Virus record (IMG/VR): IMGVR_UViG_3300038393_003172
Span: 9,209-73,208 of that record
Direction: 5' to 3' (one strand)
Length of the DNA stretch: 64,000 nucleotides
Origin: a virus
In this document: piece after piece, positions 29,654-38,901 of the stretch
How the letters are laid out: each line of letters begins with the position of its first letter
Position numbering within the stretch: the first letter of the stretch is position 1
Notes under the pieces: generated by a model
The model's database searches: none
What the model was told of the DNA's origin: nothing
Seen by the model: the letters and a program-made list of their open reading frames with translations, nothing else
Program-made: the position numbers and the translations under genes

Positions 29654-30964
29654 CCACCAAGAATCGCAAAACCTGCTCCACCGACAACGGCCGCCACTCG
29701 TGGAAGTTCGTCGGGAACGTCACGCTCAAAAGCGAAAGCATCGCGTCCTTCAGGATGCGGCATGTCGGCGCACTCCGATGCGTCCACTGCAAGCTCACCA
29801 AGGAAGGCCAGGCGCTGAAGGGCGCGAAGGAACTGACCTTCAAGCAACTGCACCGCGGCAAATCATGAGCGACGCCAACAACATCCCCACGCATCCGGTG
29901 CAGGTGAAGCGCATCGGCTACGGGCAGCGCGCCCGCGCGCCGCAGGCCGTGACGATGGCGGCTTACGAGGTCTATTGCCACGTCTATGCCCCGCAAGAAG
30001 CGCTTGCGACGGGAGAGTGCCGTGGCGGTTTCGCCGTGAGCGAGCTGATTGCGTTCCTCTACGCGCGCTCCTTTCCGAAAGCGGAGTGGCGTGCCCGCGT
30101 TGACGAGGCATTCAAAGGCATGGAAGGCATCTGATGAGCGACGACACCCTGACCCTGGACGGCTACGGGGCGATCAACTGGCACGGTCAGCCCCGCATCC
30201 TGGCGCACCGTGACCCGATGATGGGCGACATCATCGAGCTGCGCCTTGGCGTGGACACGCCGCAGGGCAGCCGCTATGTCGCGCGCCCCGTGGTGATGGC
30301 GAAGCACGAGCCTGGTCGTCCCATCGCGCCGATGGTGAGCCTCGACATGGGCACCGCTCAGATGCTGATGGACGAGCTCTGGCGCTGCGGCCTGCGCCCG
30401 ACCGAGGGCACCGGCTCGGCCGGCGCGCTGGCGGCCACGCAGGCGCACCTGGCCGACATGCGCCGGCTGTGCTTCGAGTTCGTCGGCGTTGATGGAAGGA
30501 GTGACGATGTTGCTTCGCATCCGTAGAGGCAGCAGTTCCACCGCAGACGTTCCGGGCTTGGCGCTGTTGATCTATGCCGCCTTTCTCGCCGCCTGCGTCG
30601 CGTTCATCTACTTCGCCAACCGAGCCGATGAGAGGCAGACCAGGGAATGCGCCGCACGCAGCGGTCACATCGTCCGCGGGGGGCACATGAACCGCAGCCG
30701 CTACTGCCTGTTGCCCAATGGAGAACTGACCCGATGAACACCCTTGAGGACATGGCGGCGCAAGCGCAGCGCCACCTCGACGGCAGCCGCGTGAACACCG
30801 ACCGCATGGCGAAGAACGTGCTCGTGCTCGTCGAACAGGTCCGAGCGCTTGAGGATCGGCTCTATGCGCTTACGTCCACTGCAGAAACCATCGCCGAGCC
30901 AAAGAACTACAGCAGTGCCCGCGAGGCCATCGACGACATGCTGCGCGGGGCGGGCCTGGGATGA
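29650..30964 (+). CDS. Run of five small coupled hypothetical genes (29650-29868, 29865-30134, 30134-30526, ~30507-30737, 30734-30964)
   Basis: Start/stop overlaps and protein-like translations. Confidence 0.6.
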
Positions 30965-31605
30965 GCGACACACCCGCTGGCGTCGTCGCCACCAGCGGCC
31001 CCGTGCGCACGCGCGAGGACAACACGCTGCGCCTGCAACTCGCCATCGACCCGGCCCTGGCCAAGATCGCCTTCCGGCTGTTCGGCCAGCGCGGCACCGC
31101 GGTGGCGCTGGCGCTGCTGGGCAAGCCCGAGGTGCCAGCGGTCGAAGCCGCCAGCGCGGCGGTCGAAACCATGGCGAAGGGCGTGATGCGGCTGTTCGTG
31201 GACGTGGAGCCGCGCAATGCCGCCCGTGCCTTCGAGCTGTTCGGAGAGCAGGGCACGCTCATGGCGCTGGCCGCGCTGACGCCCGAGCACCTGCGCGAGC
31301 GCGAGCGCGAGAAGCAGCAGCGCCTGGAAGCGCGCGGCCTGCGCCCGGCCTACCTGGCCGTGCAGTGGTGCAACGACGGCGCCTTCGTGCTCTGGCTGGC
31401 CGGCGCCTACCCGGACGCCTTCCGCTGCGCGCAGGAGTCGAGTCCTGACGGCAAGGGCAGCGATTGGGCTGCTGACTGTATCCGCCAGGTCTGCGACCTG
31501 ACGTCACGCGGTCAGCTCGACACCGACGCCGACGCCCGCAGCCGATTCGACCGCAACATCCGCCGCCCCTTCGTGGCCTGGCAACAGGCCCAAACCACTA
31601 CCTAA
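30961..31605 (+). CDS. Conserved phage protein
   Basis: LA...C.D..F..W, IR.VC..TSR.QLD.D..A..RF motif. Confidence 0.7.
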   Translation: MSDTPAGVVATSGPVRTREDNTLRLQLAIDPALAKIAFRLFGQRGTAVALALLGKPEVPAVEAASAAVETMAKGVMRLFVDVEPRNAARAFELFGEQGTLMALAALTPEHLREREREKQQRLEARGLRPAYLAVQWCNDGAFVLWLAGAYPDAFRCAQESSPDGKGSDWAADCIRQVCDLTSRGQLDTDADARSRFDRNIRRPFVAWQQAQTTT

Positions 31606-31616
31606 GGAGCCTGACC

Positions 31617-31856
31617 ATGCACCCCATCAAGTTCACCAGCGACATCGAACTGCCCGAGTGGATTGTTGCCGAGCAGATCGTGAGTTTCCGATGCGTACCC
31701 AACAACTTGACGAGCGTCTATCTCGCAAACGGCAAGTACGTCTTCGTGCGGGAGACGCCGGAAGAAGTGGCGAAGCGCATCACGGATGCGGTGACGCCGC
31801 ACGCTAGTCCCAAAGCATCCCTACTGTCGCGCCTTACCCGTGGAGCCTTTGCATGA
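31617..31856 (+). CDS. FlbD-like small protein
   Basis: T.V.L.NGK.V.VRETPEEV..RI. Confidence 0.6.
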   Translation: MHPIKFTSDIELPEWIVAEQIVSFRCVPNNLTSVYLANGKYVFVRETPEEVAKRITDAVTPHASPKASLLSRLTRGAFA

Positions 31857-32458
31857 GCACGTTGATAGTCGTCGCCTTGGTCCTGCTGAACCTGGGCATC
31901 AGCTACTGGAACGCCCGTGTGTGCGGGCAGGTCTGGAACGAGGTCAAGGCCCTTGGCGGCTGGATGCGCGTCGTCGTGTGGAGCGGCGCGGTGCAGTCGG
32001 CCGTGGGCTTCTCGTCGGTGCTGCTGCTGGCGCTGGGCGGCTTGGCCTATGTCACCGGCTACCTGCCAGCCGAGTACGCGCGGCGCATGACAAGCCTGTG
32101 GTACGTGCTGGTGATCATTCCGGCGCTCATGACAGGCTGGGTGCTCACGATCCACTCATGGATCGTGCTCTGGCGCGAGCGGTCGTTGATGGACCTCGCA
32201 GCGGCAAGCTGGAATACCTTCGCCAGCCTTAAGAACACATACGACGCGGTGCAGCACATGGGCGGCGCGATGGACAGCGCGGGAAGCCTGTTCGGTGACC
32301 TTTTTGACGATGTAGACGACCCCAAGGCAGCGCTGGCGCTGCTGTGCTTGGTGATCGTGGTGTCATCGATCCTCGGCGGCGTGCTGCTAACCTGGCTCAT
32401 CATCAGGAAGCACCGCGGCACGCTGGCACTGCCGAAGCTGCAAAGGAGCGCGGCGTGA
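31853..32458 (+). CDS. Multi-pass membrane protein
   Basis: Four hydrophobic helices. Confidence 0.75.
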   Translation: MSTLIVVALVLLNLGISYWNARVCGQVWNEVKALGGWMRVVVWSGAVQSAVGFSSVLLLALGGLAYVTGYLPAEYARRMTSLWYVLVIIPALMTGWVLTIHSWIVLWRERSLMDLAAASWNTFASLKNTYDAVQHMGGAMDSAGSLFGDLFDDVDDPKAALALLCLVIVVSSILGGVLLTWLIIRKHRGTLALPKLQRSAA

Positions 32459-32978
32459 CAGCCGACCTGTTCCCCCAGGCCGCGCCAGCGGCCTACACCT
32501 GCAGCTCCTGCGGCGCCTCGCTGGCTGACGAGGAAGCCGTGCTCATGCACTGCTGCCCGACCCGGCTGCCGCTGATCGCCGAGGCCGCGCGTCTGAAGCT
32601 CGATCCTGGCGACGTGCTGGTGCTGCGCATCGAAGGGCCGCCTCTGTCCAAAGAAGGACACGAATGTGCGAAGCGCTGGCTTGCGGATCAACTGCCGCCG
32701 GGCATCCACACGCTGATTCTCAGCAGCAGGGAGTCGCTGCAGGTCATCAAGGCGCCTACCGCAGAGGCCGCGCCATGAGCGGATCGAACTGCCGCCTCAC
32801 GCGCAAGGCCGTCAACATGAAGCGCTTCCTGCGCCAGCACGCGGCCAAGGCCAAGCGTGCCCAAGAGCGGGCGGAAAGCCTAAACAGGTTTTTCGAACTC
32901 GCGGCCCGTCCGATGCGGATCCAGCCAACACCGCGCCGCTCCTGGCTGTCTCGCCTCACTTTCGGAGTCCTTGGATGA
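32455..32978 (+). CDS. Two small coupled hypothetical genes (32455-32778, 32775-32978)
   Basis: GTGA/ATGA overlaps. Confidence 0.55.
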
Positions 32979-33931
32979 AAACCACCGTTCAACGCGCGCT
33001 GTGGGCCTTCAAGCTCAAGGTCACCGTGCTGCGCCACCCTCTGCCGCCGGCCCCGGCCCTGGCGCCTGAGTCACAACACGAACCCAAGCCAGCCACGCGC
33101 GCTGATTTCAAGGTGCTGGTCAACGGTCGGCCTGTCGATGTGGTGACGCGCTGGGAGCCCGTGCCCGGCGGCCCCGAGCACCACAAGCGCCTCAAGGTGA
33201 CGATCCCCGAAGGCACGCTGAAGGTGGGCGGTCCGCTGCGGGTGCAGGAGCTGGTGGACGCTTACATCAAGGCTACTGCCGACGAACCCGGCGAGTTGGA
33301 TCACCTGGCTGCTTTCCAGCGGTTCCACCTGGGCGAGCCGTACCCGTACAAGGTCGGCGTGGACCTGGGCTCGGGCGACGACTTCACTTACATGTGGACT
33401 GAGCCGCGCCATGGCGGCTACGTCAAGCCCGAGTGGTTCAAGAATGGCGGCGAGCACGGCGGCGGCGTGCGCCTGGTAGGCGAATCCGCCCCTAAGCTGG
33501 AGCGCCAGGTGGGCAGGACCAGCCGGCAGATGCTGGACGCGCCCATCGGCGCGGCGTTCCTGTGGCTGCGCGACGAGTTGAGCTACCCGCGCAACCTGGC
33601 CCGCCACCTCGGCCGCACGGACCTCAAGATCGTGGGGCCTTCGTGGCTACAGCACGGCTGGCGCGGCCTGCGCCTGCCCGCGCTGGTGCTGGACCACGCC
33701 GCGTGGGGGCGGTTGACCCGCATCCAGCACGACATGCTCGACAACGCCATGGACTACATCGGCAGCCGCCCGCACCCCGTGGTGTCGTGGCCGCGCCGCG
33801 CCGGCAAGGCCACGGCACTGCAGGCCCTGGAAGCTGCCCAGCGGGAGCGCTGGTGCCGCGACCTCGACCGCGAAATACGCCTCCCGGCGAGCTGGAACCT
33901 TGATGACCTTGAAGGCAGTTCCTGCGACTGA
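32975..33931 (+). CDS. Mosaic hypothetical protein
   Basis: RQVGRTSRQML.AP..A.F, Y...LA..LGR.DL module. Confidence 0.6.
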   Translation: MKTTVQRALWAFKLKVTVLRHPLPPAPALAPESQHEPKPATRADFKVLVNGRPVDVVTRWEPVPGGPEHHKRLKVTIPEGTLKVGGPLRVQELVDAYIKATADEPGELDHLAAFQRFHLGEPYPYKVGVDLGSGDDFTYMWTEPRHGGYVKPEWFKNGGEHGGGVRLVGESAPKLERQVGRTSRQMLDAPIGAAFLWLRDELSYPRNLARHLGRTDLKIVGPSWLQHGWRGLRLPALVLDHAAWGRLTRIQHDMLDNAMDYIGSRPHPVVSWPRRAGKATALQALEAAQRERWCRDLDREIRLPASWNLDDLEGSSCD

Positions 33932-33998
33932 CCGCGTTCAAGAATAATTGAACAAAACGCGCATCTTAGTTCAAACATAGGTGAACAAACACCCGATC

Positions 33999-34256
33999 AT
34001 GAGCGACACCGTTGCCCCCCAAGCCGAAGCCTCCGTCCCCATAGCCGTGCCGGCGCCAACGCTGTCTGAACTGCGCAGCGCGCGGCAGACGTTGGAGCTC
34101 GACATCCAAGGCGCCATCGCCTGCCTGTTGCGCTCCTTCCACGACCGCACTGGCGTCTCCGTCACCGATGTGGATCTGCGGCTGCAAAAGATCTGGCCCA
34201 CCAACCAGCCGCCGAGGCACACCGTTATCGGCGTGCGCGTTGCGCTCGATATCTGA
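33999..34256 (+). CDS. Small hypothetical protein
   Basis: LE..I...L..F...TGV.V..V motif. Confidence 0.6.
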   Translation: MSDTVAPQAEASVPIAVPAPTLSELRSARQTLELDIQGAIACLLRSFHDRTGVSVTDVDLRLQKIWPTNQPPRHTVIGVRVALDI

Positions 34257-34280
34257 CACTCCAACGGCCCCGGGGAAGTT

Positions 34281-35207
34281 ATGACCGACGCAGCCGCCGC
34301 CAAAGTCACCACAGAGGAACACTATGCCCGCGCCATAGGCGCGCACAGGCTCGTGGTGGACTTCAACGCCATCAGCGCGGTGGACGACCTGATCCTGATG
34401 GGATGGCTGCGGGCCGGCGCCGTGCAGCGCATGCGCGAACGCCGGCGCGCGCGGCGCAACGGCGAGCCGGTGCCCCGGGCAGCACGAGGTCCAGCGCCAG
34501 CCCTCGGCTCAGACGAACTGCTGAACGCCGCAGCGCAGGTGCCCGAGAACCTGGCACCGCTGCTGTTTCGGCTGGCTGTTGAATGGGGCAACGTGCGCGG
34601 CACCCACGAGCTGGCCCTGAAGCGCCAGCGCGAGTTGGAGAGCGGCGTCCAACTGCTCGCCAAGGAAATCGGCCGCCAACTGGCGCAGCCGGGCTACGAC
34701 AAGGCCGTGGTGGACGATCAGGTCAAGACCATGAAGTCGATACGCGACCAGGCCGAGCGCGAGGCCACCACCGAGGCCCTGCTGATGCTCTCCGAGCTGC
34801 GCACGCTGGCCCCGGCGCGCGAGGCCCTGGGCCGCTGGGCGGCGGTGCAGGCATCGCGGTTTCCGCTCGCGGGGCTGCCGAAGAACGCGACGCACAAGCA
34901 GGTGGTGAACGCGGCCCGTAAGAACAGCATAAGCAACGAGGCTGTCGCGGCGCTGTCCGGCCGCGTGCTCAAGGCGTTCCTCGATCCGCGCTGCCGCCCG
35001 TGCGGCGGCATCGGCACGAAGGGGGGCTATGGCGCTCCGATCCTGAAGTGCGGGGCCTGCCGCGGCAGCGGGCTTGTGCGCGAGTCGCTTGGCGAGACAG
35101 ATGCGGAGCGCCGCTTCGCGCGCTTCATGCTCGACAGCATGCAGGAGATGGTGCTGAAGGTGCAGGGCAGCATGAAGGCGCTGCTGTACGCGGAGCAAAC
35201 GGCATGA
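34281..35207 (+). CDS. Antitermination protein Q-like
   Basis: CRPCGGIG and CGACRGSG zinc finger; near the end of the rightward early operon. Confidence 0.65.
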   Translation: MTDAAAAKVTTEEHYARAIGAHRLVVDFNAISAVDDLILMGWLRAGAVQRMRERRRARRNGEPVPRAARGPAPALGSDELLNAAAQVPENLAPLLFRLAVEWGNVRGTHELALKRQRELESGVQLLAKEIGRQLAQPGYDKAVVDDQVKTMKSIRDQAEREATTEALLMLSELRTLAPAREALGRWAAVQASRFPLAGLPKNATHKQVVNAARKNSISNEAVAALSGRVLKAFLDPRCRPCGGIGTKGGYGAPILKCGACRGSGLVRESLGETDAERRFARFMLDSMQEMVLKVQGSMKALLYAEQTA

Positions 35208-35395
35208 GACGTGGCATCGACTGGCCCATGTGGCTCCTGGCTGCCTTCGTGGTCGGCGTGCTGTCGGTTATCGCTGTCGGAGCGCTTAGGACGACGCAGG
35301 CCCAGCGCCGCGAGTGCCTGGCGCGCGGCGGGGAGTTCGTGGACGGGGGGCGGGCCAGCCCGCTATGCCTAAAACCAGGGTCGGTGCTGCGCTGA
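35204..35395 (+). CDS. Small membrane protein
   Basis: Hydrophobic helix then EC.ARGG..C; same pattern as the ~30507-30737 ORF. Confidence 0.55.
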   Translation: MRRGIDWPMWLLAAFVVGVLSVIAVGALRTTQAQRRECLARGGEFVDGGRASPLCLKPGSVLR

Positions 35396-35601
35396 ACTGA
35401 AATCCCACAGCCCCGCTTCCGGCCATCCTGGGCGCCAGCCCGCGGCCAAAGGGGCTTGCCAGCCGGCGGTGCGAGAAACACCGGCCAAGCCGCGACGCGC
35501 GTGAACAAGCCTCCCGGGTAGTCTCCACCGGGGGGAGGCGGGCGCGGCAGTCGCCCCGGCCCTGGGGCGCACGCTGCGCCGACAGTACCAACTGCCGGCA
35601 C

Positions 35602-35629
35602 AAGAAAGCCCGCTTGAGCGGGCTTTCTT
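35602..35629. terminator. Bidirectional intrinsic terminator
   Basis: AAGAAAGCCCGC-TTGA-GCGGGCTTTCTT. Confidence 0.85.
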
Positions 35630-35834
35630 ACTCCACACTCACCCCCCGGTGCAGAGGGGGGAGTGCTTTCAAGTAGTTGCGTGGACTATGGCACTGCGGG
35701 CATAGACTGCGCCCCACCCCAGGTGAGGTGTGGCAGGTGCGGCGGTGACACCGCGCCGCTGGGTATGGCCCCGAATATCGCGTCGAATAGGGCAACTGCC
35801 ACGCAGTGACGCGCCGCCCTCACCGTCTCATTAT

Positions 35835-36434
35835 TCATCGTCGCCAACTGCTGCGGGCGCTGCTGGGCAGCGTGCTGCGGGACCAGGTGGGCAGCCGAAA
35901 CGTGCAGCGCAGGCTGAAGCTGGCCCTGGACGGTTGATCATGCTTCTTGCACGCGCCGTGGACTACTTGGTCAGCAATGTTGTCGATGTAGCGCACGATC
36001 CTCAGCGCCCCAAGATCCCGCAACATTTCCACGGCCTCTGTCGCCGCACAGGCGCCGGTGAGCACCGAGTATGGGTCGCCCGGCAAGGGCGTCCATCGTT
36101 TGCGCAGGCGATGTTCGATGACGAAGGTTACGTTCGCATCGGGCAGTGATGGCCCGCGGCGGCGCAGCGCAGAGGTTTCCTTGGGCATTTCTACTTCCAT
36201 GCGCGGCACCAACACAAAGCCCGGGTGCTGGCCCGTCTTGAGTTGAAAGTAAGCCCACCGTACCGGGTCCATCTTTGCTTTCGGAGTTCCGTCTGGCTTC
36301 CTCCGTTCGCAGTTGCTCCAGGTCATTACCTCCTTAATGCTTACTATGTCGCATGCCTGCCCCTGCGATAGATTGGCCCTAAGACGCCCGTTCCTAACTT
36401 CCTCGGGTGTTGGAACAGGCAGGCGCATTTCCAT
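35835..36434 (-). CDS. XRE-HTH regulator (KorC/Aca-like) with C-terminal extension
   Basis: PTPEEVR..R..ANLSQ.QA, W.NCE, M...RW..F.LKTGQHP. Confidence 0.7.
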   Translation of the reverse strand: MEMRLPVPTPEEVRNGRLRANLSQGQACDIVSIKEVMTWSNCERRKPDGTPKAKMDPVRWAYFQLKTGQHPGFVLVPRMEVEMPKETSALRRRGPSLPDANVTFVIEHRLRKRWTPLPGDPYSVLTGACAATEAVEMLRDLGALRIVRYIDNIADQVVHGACKKHDQPSRASFSLRCTFRLPTWSRSTLPSSARSSWRR

Positions 36435-36751
36435 TGCCCTGCCTGCAAATCTTTTGGGCTCTTTGTCACAGCAGCCTCCCTTTTCTCTCTCTTTGGTTGA
36501 TTACCTCTAAACAAGGGTCTGTTAGTCGCTTAAAAGCACACGGACAACTACCGTAGAAAGGTAATAGCCTTGGTGCGCAAAAAAACAGTCTATTGCTTTC
36601 GCAATGCGCAATATTCCCTTAAATTAGTTCCTTCAGCTACACGGCTGATATAGTTTTTTCAGCTAGTTCATAAGCCACCCCGACGCGCAACTATCGAAGG
36701 ACGGAAATCATGAGGCGTTGCGCGCAACGGGTCAACGACTAACTCGCAAAA

Positions 36752-36940
36752 ATGAGCGCGATCAAGATGAAACCAAACCCCGCCACGGTGCGCTCCCGGC
36801 GGCTACGAGACGAGCGAGCCAAGGAGGGCATCAAGGAACTGCGAGGTGTCTATGTCCCGCTGGAACTGCACACCGAGGCCAAGGAGGCCATCAAGGAGTG
36901 GCTGCGCTTGAAGCTGGCCGCGGTGAACGGCCGCGCGTAG
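36752..36940 (+). CDS. Small basic, possibly ribbon-helix-helix protein
   Basis: R.RRLRDER..EG.KELRGVYVP.E.H. Confidence 0.65.
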   Translation: MSAIKMKPNPATVRSRRLRDERAKEGIKELRGVYVPLELHTEAKEAIKEWLRLKLAAVNGRA

Positions 36941-36954
36941 AGGGAAATGGGTAG

Positions 36955-36974
36955 CCCGCCTCCCGGCGGGCTTG
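36955..36974. terminator. Hairpin between convergent genes
   Basis: GCCCGCC-TCCC-GGCGGGC followed by TT. Confidence 0.55.
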
Positions 36975-36994
36975 TGCTGCCAGGCAGCAATGGG

Positions 36995-37381
36995 TCAGGC
37001 GCCGCGTTTTATCCCGCACAGGAACGTCAGAACCTTGCCGGCGCGTGTCCAAACACTGAAGGGGACGTTGTCCTTTGGCTGCAGCAGACCGGCCCTGTCG
37101 ATCTGCGCGCGCTTGTCCAGCGCAACATAGAACGGCCTGTCCGTCATGTCCTCGAAGACGGCATCGACAGCGTTGTGCTGGACCTGTGAGCGCTCGATTG
37201 TCACGAAACGGCCAGTCTTCATCTCGCCTATAGAGCTTATCCGGTTGTCGGGCACCAGCAGGCGCAATGCGCCGGCGTTCCCGCTCAAGAAGAACAGCCC
37301 TCGCTGCGCCAATTCGGAGTCCCAATAGTTGGTTTCCGTGATGTCCTGGCCGTTGTTGGCAACCTTAATGAATCCGCTCAT
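36995..37381 (-). CDS. Conserved mobile-element hypothetical protein
   Basis: TNYWDSE.A..G.FFLS.NAGA.RLLVPD and FED motifs. Confidence 0.75.
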   Translation of the reverse strand: MSGFIKVANNGQDITETNYWDSELAQRGLFFLSGNAGALRLLVPDNRISSIGEMKTGRFVTIERSQVQHNAVDAVFEDMTDRPFYVALDKRAQIDRAGLLQPKDNVPFSVWTRAGKVLTFLCGIKRGA

Positions 37382-37392
37382 CGTGCATCCCT

Positions 37393-37902
37393 CTATTGGT
37401 AGTTGTTAATGTTCATAAGCGCGATGGTCCAGCGGGACAGCGGTGTCGGCGATTCGTCTATGTCTAGGGCCATGACGTTCCTGACCGTGAAGCGGTGCTC
37501 AAAAAACATCAACAGCCGCCGCTTCTCGCGGTTGCCATCATCGCGCCCTGTTTGATACGACAGGAACTGGTGCTTGGCCGCCATGTAGGCATCGCTGTCG
37601 GTCCTGTAGCCATCGATGCCCACACTGAGCGGGTTCCCAATGTCGGGCAGGTGCGCCACAGTGCGGCAGAACTTGAAGAACTGGCCCTCAATGGTTGAGT
37701 GCTCAAGGGGTAGCTTGTTGCGCCACTGCGTGCCAGGCGCGGCGGCGCGAAGCTCGGCAATCTTGCTGGCCTCAAGGTAGAGCATGCGCGTGACGGCCTC
37801 GCCGTAGGTTTCTGCCATCCACCAGTACGTCCTGTGCTCAGGGCAATACGGCTGGATCAGCTCGTCACGGATCGCACTGACAACTTCTTGATGGCTTGCC
37901 AT
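37393..37902 (-). CDS. Hypothetical protein
   Basis: MASHQEVV start. Confidence 0.6.
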   Translation of the reverse strand: MASHQEVVSAIRDELIQPYCPEHRTYWWMAETYGEAVTRMLYLEASKIAELRAAAPGTQWRNKLPLEHSTIEGQFFKFCRTVAHLPDIGNPLSVGIDGYRTDSDAYMAAKHQFLSYQTGRDDGNREKRRLLMFFEHRFTVRNVMALDIDESPTPLSRWTIALMNINNYQ

Positions 37903-37904
37903 GT

Positions 37905-38459
37905 TCACCCCCGCTGCGGAAGGAAGGTCAGGGTGCCGTTGTCGATCTCGGCGGATATGCGCTCGCGCACTTCGCGCTCGGGCATGGTCAGTTCTTCTTC
38001 GTGCAGCCAGCCGCGGCGCATGAACCCCACGCTCCTGTAGAGCTCCGCGTCGGGCACGCCGCGGCGGATCGGCCTGTGCTGGTTCCTGCACAGCACCTTG
38101 CCCCAGCCCCACACCACGGCCCGGCCTCCGATCAGCAGCGGCTCGGACCGAAATTCTGAAATCCTGGCGTATTCCCTTTCCTGCACCATCGTGTCGAGCT
38201 TGGTGGCGTGGCCCCAGGCGATGGCGAAGGGCTCCCCGGTGCGGGGATGCAGCCGGACCTCAGCGCTGGTGAACGGGCACTCGTACTCCGGGTCGCCTTC
38301 GTCCGTGTACCACTCGTCAGCCAGCAACTCGTGGGAGGCGTTGGGGTCCAGCAGCAGCGCCAGCACATCGGCGTCCAGCGCCAGCAGGTCTTGCAAGCCC
38401 ACGTTGATGCGCTCGGCCATCTTTTTGATCTGCGTCTTCTGTTCTTCGGTCAGGTCCAT
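37905..38459 (-). CDS. Acidic hypothetical protein
   Basis: 184 aa, AAGGA RBS. Confidence 0.7.
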   Translation of the reverse strand: MDLTEEQKTQIKKMAERINVGLQDLLALDADVLALLLDPNASHELLADEWYTDEGDPEYECPFTSAEVRLHPRTGEPFAIAWGHATKLDTMVQEREYARISEFRSEPLLIGGRAVVWGWGKVLCRNQHRPIRRGVPDAELYRSVGFMRRGWLHEEELTMPEREVRERISAEIDNGTLTFLPQRG

Positions 38460-38486
38460 GGGGTTGGTTCCTTGCGGGGTGAAGTG

Positions 38487-38819
38487 TCAGGACAGCAGCC
38501 CATCGGCCGCCTGCGCTGCGTCAAGCGGCAGCACCTGCAGCGTCGGGTGGCGCTTGGCGGCCAGCAGCATGAGGGTCCAGCGGGCGTTGGTCATCGGGCG
38601 GTCGCCGCGCTCTATCTCGCCGATGGCCTGTGCGTCGGTCAGGCCGATCAAGTGGGCCGTCTGTTCAAGCGTCCAGCCCATCGCCAGCCGCAGCTCGCGC
38701 ACCTCCAGCCCGCTGGGTGTGGGCAGTTCGGGGAAGATTGCAAGCGGCGGTGCCTTCTTGGGGCCACGCTTCCCGGGCGTGCGCGGGGGTGCCGCCGCGG
38801 TCGTGGTTGCTGTGGACAT
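38487..38819 (-). CDS. XRE-HTH repressor (KorC/Aca-like), candidate binder of operator B
   Basis: PSGLEVRELRLAMGWTLEQTAHLIG...ERGDRPMTNARWTLML..KRHP; operator B in its own promoter. Confidence 0.8.
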   Translation of the reverse strand: MSTATTTAAAPPRTPGKRGPKKAPPLAIFPELPTPSGLEVRELRLAMGWTLEQTAHLIGLTDAQAIGEIERGDRPMTNARWTLMLLAAKRHPTLQVLPLDAAQAADGLLS

Positions 38820-38849
38820 GAGGGAGCCTCCGGGTGGTGGTGTATTCAT

Positions 38850-38878
38850 ATATTAGGTGATTTACCCAAGAGTTTCAT
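38850..38878 (-). promoter_or_regulatory. Promoter with operator B
   Basis: ATGAAA-17bp-TAATAT on the minus strand; TTAGGTGATTTACCCAA at 38853-38869. Confidence 0.75.
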
Positions 38879-38901
38879 CCTCCGCAGCCAGGGGGCGCCG
38901 C

